A DNA stretch of 64,000 bases, from contig CBDCNP010000001.1 of the NCBI GenBank assembly GCA_965219415.1, positions 32,001-96,000 of the forward strand, in the 5' to 3' direction. This DNA comes from Candidatus Marinacidobacterales bacterium. GTDB taxonomy: Bacteria; Acidobacteriota; Vicinamibacteria; Marinacidobacterales; DATDRI01. The notes beneath the pieces were generated by a model, which saw only the letters and a list, made by a program, of their open reading frames with translations, was not told the DNA's origin and made no database searches. Positions 30,125 to 39,338 of the stretch are shown here, piece by piece (positions within the stretch are counted from its first letter, which is position 1; each line of letters begins with the position of its first letter). The position numbers and the translations under genes are program-made.

Positions 30125-31156
30125 CTAAGCGGCCACCGGCGACTGGAATTCACTCTCGCGGGTGGAGACGGCCCAGACGATCCGGGCGAGTTTGTTGGCG
30201 ACAGCAATCACGGCCTTGTTGTGTCCCCGCGAGCGGTGGACCTTCCGAGCCCAGGCGCGGAGCTTGTCGGGCGGGCTCTTGCTGACGTTCGCCGCGCGGA
30301 GCACGGCGCGCCCGCCCTGGGTGAGGAGCATACGGAGGTAGGAGTCGCCACGCTTGGTGATGCGTCCGAGGCGGCGAATGTCGCCACTGGAGTTTTCCTT
30401 GGGAACTAGGCCGAGGTAGCTCGAGAAGCGGCGCCCCGATGGGAAGCGGCGAAGATCGCCGACGAAGCCCACGATGGCGGTCGCGGCCAGAAGTCCGATG
30501 CCGGGAATGGCGAGAAGTCGTTGGACTTCAGGAAGCTGCTTGGTGAGCGCCTTGAGCTCGTGCTCGATGCTAGCGCACTTGTCCTTGAGTTCTCGAATCT
30601 CGGAGCAGGCATCACGGAGATGCGAACGGAGCACGTCGGGCAAATCAGAATCAGCGTCTTCGACGAGTTCGAAGAGGGCGGGCACGACGAAGTGAGCGCC
30701 CTTTGGGATGATGAATCCGAGTTCGCGCAGGAGCCCGCGTACGGCATTGATGCGTGCGGTCCGTGTGGAGAGCCATCCTGAGCGCAGGCGATGGAGCGCA
30801 GCGAGGGTGTGCTGGTGCACGGACTTGATGGGTACGGGAAGAAGCTCCTCGTTCCTGTAGGCCTCGAGCAACGCCTTCGTGTCGGCGCGGTCGTTCTTGC
30901 TCCCGCGTCGATACGGCCTCACGAGGTGAGGTGGGAGCAGGACGACGTCGTGTCCCAACCTTCGGAACGTCCTTGCCCAGAAGTGAGCCGAGCCGCAGGC
31001 TTCGAGAAGCACGGTGGCAGCGCTCTGTTTGGCAAAGAACGACACCAATTTGGGTCGACTCACACGGAGTTGCTTGGACACCTTCCCCGCTTCTCCCGAG
31101 ATGGCAATCTCGAAGACGTTCTTTGCAAGATCCACAGCGATTGTCGTATCTTTCAT
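30125..31156 (-). CDS. IS110-family recombinase/transposase
   Basis: IAVDLAK, LEACG, KNDRADT (DEDD), IPGIG, GLVPKENSSG. Confidence 0.95.
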   Translation of the reverse strand: MKDTTIAVDLAKNVFEIAISGEAGKVSKQLRVSRPKLVSFFAKQSAATVLLEACGSAHFWARTFRRLGHDVVLLPPHLVRPYRRGSKNDRADTKALLEAYRNEELLPVPIKSVHQHTLAALHRLRSGWLSTRTARINAVRGLLRELGFIIPKGAHFVVPALFELVEDADSDLPDVLRSHLRDACSEIRELKDKCASIEHELKALTKQLPEVQRLLAIPGIGLLAATAIVGFVGDLRRFPSGRRFSSYLGLVPKENSSGDIRRLGRITKRGDSYLRMLLTQGGRAVLRAANVSKSPPDKLRAWARKVHRSRGHNKAVIAVANKLARIVWAVSTRESEFQSPVAA

Positions 31157-31257
31157 TTGGACTCCTCCTTTTCGATGCGTATTCGACTGACTTTGGCACA
31201 TCGATGCCGTCTATGTCAGTGGAGGAGTCCATTCCATCACTTGATAGCGGAAGCACC

Positions 31258-31451
31258 AGACAGCGCGAAATGGAGTCGTGCATCGAACTTGGAACTGTTT
31301 CAATCCACTCCCCCCGCCGAAGCGAGGGGAGACGGCAAGTATTCCGACTCAATGTCACCGGGGGCGGAGAGTTTCAATCCACTCCCCCCGCCGAAGCGAG
31401 GGGAGACAACAAGTCATTCCGTTCCCGTCAACGCCACGTGAGTTTCAATCC
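31258..31451. CRISPR. CRISPR array fragment: two full 37-bp repeats, two partial repeats, three spacers
   Basis: GTTTCAATCCACTCCCCCCGCCGAAGCGAGGGGAGAC at 31297-31333 and 31371-31407; partial AGAC 31258-31261 and GTTTCAATCC 31442-31451; spacers 35, 37 and 34 bp. Confidence 0.9.
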
Positions 31452-32030
31452 CGTCCTGTGCCAAAACTCGGCCCTCTTGAAATAGCCGATAAATCAGCAG
31501 CTTAGCGTCTGTGTTTTGCGACGGTGCCAAGGGCTGTGGGCTTTACAATCGTCTGGCCCGAGGGTGTTATCTTCGGATCCATCATGACGTACCATGTGCA
31601 AATCCTACTGTTGGTCAGGCAGCCGTTGTTCGATCGGGCAGCCCTGCTGCTCACACAGACCTCATGGGTGCTTCCGCCATTAAGTGTTGGTAAAATGACG
31701 CTAAGACTTTACGGTGCATTAAATTACAGCCATGGTCTTTCAAAAGGGCCGAGTTTTGGCACAGGACGGGGTCCCGGTCGTGGATGAGGTATCGCTTGCC
31801 AAGGAGGAAACCATCCCACAGGTCAGTGAGGTTTCTTGCCACCTGCTTCATCCACTCCCCGTTGGGGTCCGACGTTATCCCACCGATGCACACGCAGCGG
31901 GTGGCGATATCGATGACAAACAGGACATGGTAGCGGACGAGCCCGAACGGGTTCACAACCTCGACGGTGAACAGGTCTGTCGCAGCGGATAGCGCCCGTC
32001 GTGTCCAAAAACACGAACGAACTCACGACC
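31452..32030. mobile_element. pile-up of A end, partial MITE F, A end, A-transposase fragment and B end
   Basis: Termini at 31452, 31667, 31768, 31997; 31769-31992 matches 23720-23945. Confidence 0.8.
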
Positions 32031-32099
32031 TCGGGCCTTTGGGAAAGTGCAAACTGCTGACCCGCTGGGCGTTCGAGTATTTGGACCAGACGAGATCGA

Positions 32100-33142
32100 G
32101 AGCAGCGACGGAGTCTACCGCTAGTCTTCCAGAGCCCGTTTCGTGGCGGCGAGATTCTTCTCGTGCCCGATCACGACCAAGGTATCTCCTGCGCTCAGTG
32201 CTTGCTCCGGCCCAGGGTTGAATACCATCTTTCCGTCGGTAGGTTTGACAGCGCGACGACCGTAACGCCGAAGCTCGTGCGCAAGTCCGCCTCGCCGAGG
32301 CTTCGCCCCGCGATTTTGGCGTGTTCACCGATACGCGCCTCACCTAGGTTTATCTCAAGCGTGGCTCGGTCGGCGACGTGGTCCATGAACTGCAGAATCG
32401 TCGGAGCCATCGCCGCCTGAACGATTCGATGGCTCGCGAGCCGGTACGGGGAGAACACCTCGGTCGCACCGGCGCGACGGAGCTTCAGCTCACCACGCTC
32501 GTCGAGCGTCCGCGCAATGATGCGCACGGACGGGTTTAGCGCCTTGGCCGTCACCGTGACGTAGAGGTTGTCGGCATCCGAGGGGAGTAGGGCAAGGACG
32601 GCGGCGGCCTTCTGGACGCCGGCGTTGAGGAGAGCCTCGTCCGACGTCGCGTCCTCCAGAAGATACAGGTAACGAAGCTCCCGGAGCGTCGGCTCTCTCG
32701 AAGCGTCCGACTCGATGATGCAGAACGGGTGGTTCTTATGATCGAGATCCTCGGCGACGGACCTCGAGAAACGGCCGAACCCACACAATACGTAGTGATC
32801 GACGAGTTCGTTCAGCTCTTTCCGCATTCGTCTCCTTCCTAGGTTCCCAAACAGCTCTCCCTCGAGGACGACCTGCCCCAGTTGGGTGAGCGTATAGATG
32901 GACAACGAGAGCCCCCCTACGATTAGAAAGCTCGCGAAGAGCTTCCCGGGTGCCGAAAGGGGTTGCACTTCGCCGTATCCCACCGTGGAAATTGTGATTA
33001 CCGACATGTAGAGGGCGTCTGTCCAACGCCAGCCTTCGATCCAGGCGAAGCCCAGTGAGCCTACGAACGTCCAGATCAGCATCGCCATCACGCCGATGAC
33101 AAGACTGCGCTGGGTCCATTCGATGCTTCCAGCAGACTTCAA
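32100..33142 (-). pseudogene. TrkA/RCK-gated potassium channel, frameshift near C-terminus
   Basis: TISTVGYGE, HYVLCGFGR, DADNLYV; the RCK-C end continues in another frame. Confidence 0.8.
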
Positions 33143-33271
33143 TGGCGGTTACTCTGGTTCGTGCGAATACCGCCACAGGTACTGTCAAATTGAGGTCTTG
33201 AACTCGAAGCGGGCCGCTCGATAATGGGGCTCGAGCGCACCGCGTTGCCAACATCTTGGGGTCGGATCGGC

Positions 33272-33449
33272 TGTGCCTTCTATTTATTCATCCGCGCGCC
33301 CCGAACTTGATCGGTCTCCGGTCTCCCGGGACCATGCCTGCATGATCTCGTCGTTTGTTCGCGCTCGGCCCTTGGCACGGCCGCAAACACAGACACTAAG
33401 TTGCTGATTCATGGGCTATTTCAAAAGGGCCGAGTTTTGGCACAGGACG
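33272..33449. mobile_element. C-A hybrid mini-element
   Basis: Inverted, diverged copy of 19858-20035. Confidence 0.85.
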
Positions 33450-33685
33450 GGGAGCAACGGGACTCGGGGGCAACCACCAAGCCTCGCCACGACGTCTGGG
33501 CCGTGGCGGGGTTGTGCCACGAGCCCGTGGCGAGCACAGCGATCCATACGGGAATGGGGAAGTGTCGCATCTTATCTTACCTCTCACAGGCTATGCCGTC
33601 GTTCTCTCGGTCGATTGCGCGCGATGGAGACGCGCATATCGCGGTCCTCCACCTAGTAGCGTACAGCGGCGAAGAATGGAACTCG

Positions 33686-33932
33686 GGTGCTTCCGCAGTC
33701 AAATGTTGGCGCCTGCCGTGTAACCCGTTCGCGTGCTAGAGTTTGAGCCTGATTTCGAGAGGCGCAGTTCTTTCGTCGATGCCGGCTGGGCCGAGTTTTG
33801 GCACAGGACGGGAAGACGCTCGAAATTCATCCGCCTCGAAAGGTCGCGAAACAGAGCGTGAGTGTTCCGGTAGCTTCGCCTTCCCGTCACCGTCGATGGC
33901 GTCGTGTCCAAAAACACAAACGAACTCAAGAC
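33686..33932. mobile_element. IS1/A hybrid, IS1 transposase scrap and B end
   Basis: 33686-33810 matches 8511-8635; 33811-33899 matches 11720-11808. Confidence 0.8.
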
Positions 33933-33959
33933 CCGCCTGGGCTGCAACAAGCAGGTGCA

Positions 33960-34523
33960 GATGGCTAAACAGCCTGGAGGGCATAAGTGGCCAGCCCGAT
34001 GGCCGCCACATGGTCGTTGCCCCCAACGACCTCGAGCCGGCAGGTGGCGAGCGAGCGTCCCTTGCGGACCGACCTCTCCGATGGCGACCAGGTCTCCCTG
34101 GACTCCCGCCAGCAAGCTCATCTTGAACTCCACCGTCTTGACCGTGGAGCCCAGCGAGACCGAACCCACCGCGAAGTTACCCGCCGTGTCCGCCAGCAGA
34201 CTGATGAGACCCCCGTGGATGACGCCATGCCTTTCTTCGAACTCGGCCCGAAACGGCAAACGCGCGCGCGCCACGCCGTTTTCGCAATAGCTGAGTGTCA
34301 TGCCCAGGTAGCGGCTGATCGGAGCCGCCTCGAAGAGTTGTTTGAGTTTTTCGAGATGCGCGGAACGTTCCGTCGTTTCACCCGCCCGCTGGTGGCGGAC
34401 ACTTTCGGGCAGAGGAACCGGCACCGGCTTGGATTCATTGCGGGGAGCCGAACGAGGCCGTGCAGCGGCTTTCTTGCTAGCAGGCCTCGAAAGGATGTCT
34501 CTCTTCCTTGGTCCTTCTTTCAT
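33960..34523 (-). pseudogene. PaaI-family thioesterase, frameshifted
   Basis: HGVIHGGLISLLADTAG..KTVEFKMSLL. Confidence 0.75.
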
Positions 34524-34554
34524 ATCGAGACACGCTCCACGATGTTGCGAGTGA

Positions 34555-34668
34555 CGTGCTGTCTACGCAGGTCATAGAACTGTGTGGCCCGAGGGGTTGG
34601 AGTGTCCGGCCAGATACTGCACGTCCTCCAGGGGCACGTTCTGGCTGAGTATATCCGTGATCTCCATC
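34555..34668 (-). pseudogene. tyrosine recombinase C-terminal fragment
   Basis: ITDILSQNVPLEDVQYLAGHSNP; cut by a C end at 34694. Confidence 0.6.
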
Positions 34669-34740
34669 ACGCGGATGAATAAATAGAAGGCACACCCGCC
34701 CGGAGTTGCGTCTGATTCCCAAGCTCAGGCGATACACCCA

Positions 34741-35382
34741 TCAGGGCAACCTTGTGCCATTCCTCGGAGGAGGCGTGGGTAGCATCGCCCAGCTAATGCA
34801 CCGCTCGGCATCATCAAGCCAACTTGCCGCACCGGGATCCTTAAGCAGGGGTAGTCCAAGCTTGACCAGACAACAAGGCAAGTCCAACTCCTCCGGTAGC
34901 TCCGTCCCCAACCAGCGCACGCCCTTTGCTGCGCCCTCAATCGTCCAGGCTGTCACGCACTGAACCATGACCCGGTGCTCGGGTCCCTGGATGAGCCACC
35001 CCACTGCGCCGACCCAGGTGTTCCTGATGCTTAGAAAGTATTCAGGGAATCCGGGTAACGGCACCGCTTGCCCGCCGGTGGCCACCTTGATGATGGACTG
35101 CAACGCAGCCAATGTCTCGGAGCTAACATCCGAGCGTGGCATCTGGAACACGTGGTGCGTCGATAGGTTGTAGTGGTGCATCATCGACTCGCTGGCGAAG
35201 GAATGTCCAAGGGTAGCAACCCGTTCGCCAACATCTCCCTCGCCCGTTGGCTCCTCCGGCCGAATTGGTGGGGGCTCTGGAACCTGCAATGCTTTGGTTT
35301 CCGTCGGATTCTCAGTGTCCGCCTTCGCCCGCTTTTTACGCCGGGCACGTCGCCAGCGTGCATCCGTCGTTCGGTAGGACAT
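34741..35382 (-). CDS. hypothetical protein with basic N-terminus, downstream of HU
   Basis: ORF from MSYRTTDARW; diverged paralogous 5' part at 50894-51060. Confidence 0.55.
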   Translation of the reverse strand: MSYRTTDARWRRARRKKRAKADTENPTETKALQVPEPPPIRPEEPTGEGDVGERVATLGHSFASESMMHHYNLSTHHVFQMPRSDVSSETLAALQSIIKVATGGQAVPLPGFPEYFLSIRNTWVGAVGWLIQGPEHRVMVQCVTAWTIEGAAKGVRWLGTELPEELDLPCCLVKLGLPLLKDPGAASWLDDAERCISWAMLPTPPPRNGTRLP

Positions 35383-35402
35383 TCCGAGGCGTCGCTTGTG
35401 AG

Positions 35403-35611
35403 CTACTTCTTCGGTGAGACGACGGCGTCCAGGCAAGCTTTCGCTACTCGAAACTTGACCACCGTCTTTTTCGGGATTCGAATCTGTTCGCCGGTCCGGG
35501 GGTTGTGTCCCTTGCGCGCCTTTCGTTGCGCCTTCACGAGTTTTCCAATTCCGGGAATGATGAACTGGCCCGTCCGCTTCGTCTCCTTCGCCGCGAGATC
35601 CGCAATCGACT
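35403..35611 (-). pseudogene. HU-family DNA-binding protein, 5'-truncated by IS1
   Basis: FIIPGIGKL..ARKGHNPRTGEQIRIP..VVKFRVAK. Confidence 0.85.
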
Positions 35612-36811
35612 GGTGCTTCCGCAATTAAGTGTTGGCGGCCAGCCCCTAACCGGTCTGCGTGCTAGAGTTTGAACCAGAATTCCGAAGACACAGTTCTCTC
35701 ATCGTCAGGGCCGAGCCAAAGTGAAGAATCGCAGATGTCTCAATCTCGCATGTCCGTTGCGGGGCAAAGTCAGTTCCGGAAACATCGTTCGCCACGGATT
35801 CTACCGAACCAGGTCCGGGAAACGCCGTCGATACCGGTGCGGCGAGTGCGGAAAGACGTTCTCCTCGACGAAAGGCACGCCCTACTACCGTCTCCAACAT
35901 CGAAGAGCTACTTTCGATGGGGTCATCGCTCTCAGAGTCGAGGTTGTCAGCATTGCTGCGATTTCCCGGATCAAAGGGATTGCCTGGAACACCATCGCCC
36001 GCTGGCTCGAGAAGGCAGCCCAAGTGTGTCGTCGATTCAATCACAGAAGGATCGCCGGCTTCGCTGCCGAAGAGCTTCAAGCCGACGAGATTCGCACGTT
36101 CGCGGGCAACAAGAAGACGCCGAGTTGGGTCTTCGTTACGATCGAGGTCTGGTCTCGGCTCTGGCCATCGACGGTGACGGGAAGGCGAAGCTACCGGAAC
36201 ACTCACGCTCTGTTTCGCGACCTTTCGAGGCGGATGAATTTCGAGCGTCTTTCCTTGATCGTCACGGATGGATTCGAATTCTACCAGAAGGTCATCCGTC
36301 GCTTCTTCGGTCCAGCGTGTCTCTACGGCCAGGTCCTCAAGACGCGCAGGAACGATCGTATCATCAAGGTCGAACGGAGAGCGCTGCACGGAGCCGCGTG
36401 GCGATTCGAAGACGCGCTCAATAACTCCGAGGACTCCTCAACATTGAACACGTCGTTCATCGAGCGGTTGAATCTGACCATCCGGCAAAGCTCGGCATAC
36501 CTTTCAAGACGAACACTTTCCCACGCTCGCTCGACGGAGAGGCTCGATGAGCACCTGGAGTTGCTCCGTTGCTATTACAACTTCGTCCGACCGCACGGAG
36601 CTCTGAAGTTCGGACGTGAGATCCGAACTCCGGCTATGCAAGCCGGTCTGACCACGCGACGGCTCACCTTTCGAGACATCTTCTTGGCGACGACGATTCC
36701 TTTGTGGTCGCGGATCGAGGTTTTCCTGCTCACTGGGGCGCGCAACCCGGTCTCTTCCGCACCTGTACCACTGTCCGCAGCCGCGTAGCAACACTTGATG
36801 GCGGAAGCACC
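35612..36811 (+). mobile_element. intact 1200-bp IS1-family element, single-ORF transposase 35721-36788
   Basis: 23-bp TIRs; Zn ribbon, HTH, ADE..TDG..IER DDE motifs; no TSD. Confidence 0.92.
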
Positions 36812-37217
36812 CGAAGCCTAGCCGCAGTCGGTTCCGGATGGACTCGCCGGTGGCCTTCCAGGCGTGCTCGAAGTCCTGTTCCGGCGCCTCTCCGTCGGGA
36901 ATCGGGGCATGCCACCACTCCATGTGCCGGTCTCGAACCGCCCTCGGGAGATCGTGCACCTTCAGATAGGCGAGCTCCTCGTGGGTGATCAGGCTGACCA
37001 CCGCAGTCGCTCCTCAGTGCTGAATCGCGTCGAGGTCGGCGTCGAGATCCCGCTTCCAGGGCCCTTCGAACAGGCGGCCCCGAACTTGGGCCTCCTGGAC
37101 CGCCAGCGCGCCCCGGCAAAAGGGGGCGTGGTTCCAGTACCCGCGCTTGAGCGTGCCGTAGACGAAGAGTCTCAACACGCCGGAAGAGTTCTCTTTCGGG
37201 GATTCTCTGGGTTTCAC
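36812..37217 (-). pseudogene. gamma-glutamylcyclotransferase (AIG2-like) fragment followed by a second gene fragment
   Basis: LFVYGTLKRGYWNH. Confidence 0.6.
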
Positions 37218-37367
37218 TCAGGAGTTGTCCTCCTGTTCATGAAAGGTGACCTAACCCCACGGTTAGTACCACGTTGTATCTCAGTCATTCGGTGCTGACA
37301 ATGGCTGGTTGAAGCCGGCGGAGCGGAGAAGGATCTGGACCCAGGCCTGAGGAATGATGGACATAAA

Positions 37368-38809
37368 GGGAGTCAAGCCCATTTTTAGTTGAAATTTTCC
37401 ACGGCTCCCGGTTCGTTTAAGCAACGTTCTTCCTCGACGTATTCTTTTTCGCGGTCTCGATCTTCAGTTCACGCTTGAGCGCTTCACGCAGCTTTGGAAG
37501 GTGTCGGTAGCCCATCACCTTCCGGAGGCGCGGCTCGATGTCGGTGAGCGCGGTCGCGAGCCAGCGTTGGCGTTGGTTCGAAGTCTTCCAGTGATCGACC
37601 TTCGCGCAACGTTCCTCGATAAGCGCATTGACGGACTCGATGCAGTTCGTCGTCTTTAGTGAGTGACCGAGCACCCCGTACACGCCAAGACGATGCAAGG
37701 TCAGGGTCTCCTCCAGCCTCTCTTCGAGGCTAGAGGCCGCAGACTGATTCCTCTCTTCCAGCTCGCGGTGGAGTTGCTCGAGGGCCTCAAGCGCCTCCTT
37801 GTGCGTCGGCCGGCCGTACGCGCGCTGCAGCCGCTTGCGCCACAACGACTGCTCGCTCTTGGACAAATAGCTCACGACATTCTCTCGTTTGTGCCACTGG
37901 CAACGGCCCACGACGACCCGCCTGCGAAAGGCCTTGGTCACGGCTCCTCGCAGCCCCTTGCTGCCGTCGATGACCACCAGCAGCCCTTCAGAGATATCGA
38001 GACCCCGCTCGACCAATGAACGCAGGAACGGCCTAAGAACACGCTCGTTCTCAGTGTCTGTCTCCACGAAGCCGAGGAAGCGTTTGTCCCCGGATAACGT
38101 GATGCCGAGAGCCACCACCATCGTCGCGTCGGCGAACGTCTTGCCGTCCAGGACCATCGCCACCACGTCCTCACCCGAGAGATCACGCTCCTGCATCTCA
38201 CGCAGCTTCGCTGCGCTTGCTTCGACGAAGCCGCGCGACACCGACGAACTCGACAGACCGATCGCGCCCGGGACCAATTCCGACGCCGACTCATGGTTCC
38301 GGCACGAGATCCCGTACAGCACTCTTCGTAGAACCAACTCGTCCACCTCTCCGCGGTGACTCAGACTCTCGTACGAGCTCAACGGGATCTCTCCGTCGCG
38401 GCCGCGAACACGGGGAACGCGGATCGGAACTCGCTGACCCGCGAGTTTCACCGTGCCCGGATTCGTCCCGTGACGTCGTCCCTGCACCGTCTCCGATTTC
38501 CGAACGTATCGCTCTCCCGCAAGCTCACTGACCTCGGCGTCCAGCAACTCGTGAACATGCATCAGGCCGAGAGGCACCAGTGCGCGGATCATCTCGACCT
38601 TCGAGTCCACCTCGAGCTCCCCGTATCCCTCTTGCTCCATGACCTCTACTTCACCTAGACGACGCGTCTTCTTGCCTTCCTTGACCCTTCGTAGCAGACT
38701 TCCCATATCGGCTCCTTTCTTGAGCGGCTTGATTTCGCTTTTGACAACGTCATCAAACCACCCGAGAGGGAGCCGTTTCAAATTTCAACTAAGAGTGGCA
38801 CACATTCCC
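37368..38809 (-). mobile_element. IS256-family element (transposase 37417 to about 38706)
   Basis: VLDGK, VIDGSKGL, RCQWHK, TTNCIESVN; IRs GGGAGTCAAGCCCATTTTTAGTTGAAATTT and AAATTTCAACTAAGAGTGGCACACATTCCC. Confidence 0.9.
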
Positions 38810-39117
38810 CATCGAAAGTAGCTCTTCGATGTTGGAGACGGTAGTAGGGCGTGCCTTTCGTCGAAGAGAACGTCTTTCCGCACTCGCCGCACCGGTATCG
38901 ACGGAGTTTCCCGGACCTCGTTCTGTAGAATCCGTTGTGAATAATACTTCTGGAACCGACTTTTCCATACGACGGACATGCGGGATTGAGACATCTGCGA
39001 TTCTTCACTTCGGCTCGGCCCTGACGATGAGAGAACTGTGTCTTCAGAATTCTGGTTCAAACTCTAGCACGCAGACGGGTTAGGGGCTGGCCGCCAACAC
39101 TTAATTGCGGAAGCACC
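38810..39117 (-). mobile_element. IS1-family 5' fragment interrupted by IS256
   Basis: Matches 35612-35920. Confidence 0.9.
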
Positions 39118-39241
39118 GGTTGATGGCGAAAACTTTCAGTGCGGGCACGTTATTGGCCTCTCCGAAATCTTCAACCATGGTCGCCAGATCGCGGAGCTCG
39201 GACAGCCGGACGGGTAGTGTGACACGTAATTCATCAGACAT
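39118..39241 (-). pseudogene. RsbW-like anti-sigma factor 5' fragment
   Basis: MSDELRVTLPVRLSELRDLATMVEDFGEANNVP, directly after the PP2C gene. Confidence 0.55.
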
Positions 39242-39338
39242 AGTGTTGGTTGCTCCTTGACGATTTAAGCCGTTCTAACCTCCACAGCATTCCGCGTGCG
39301 ATCACGCAGGGAAACGAACCTTCACGATTCCGTGAAGC

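Larger units (their letters stand above)
29793..31239 (-). mobile_element. IS110-family, IS1111-type element
   Basis: Sub-terminal IRs TGGACTCCTC/GAGGAGTCCA, CA core at both ends, long 3' non-coding region. Confidence 0.9.
29569..31257 (+). mobile_element. internally deleted IS1-like element whose right TIR is split by an IS1111-type insertion
   Basis: Left TIR at 29569; TAGCAACA (29787-29794) plus CTTGATAGCGGAAGCACC (31240-31257) rebuild the right TIR. Confidence 0.8.
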
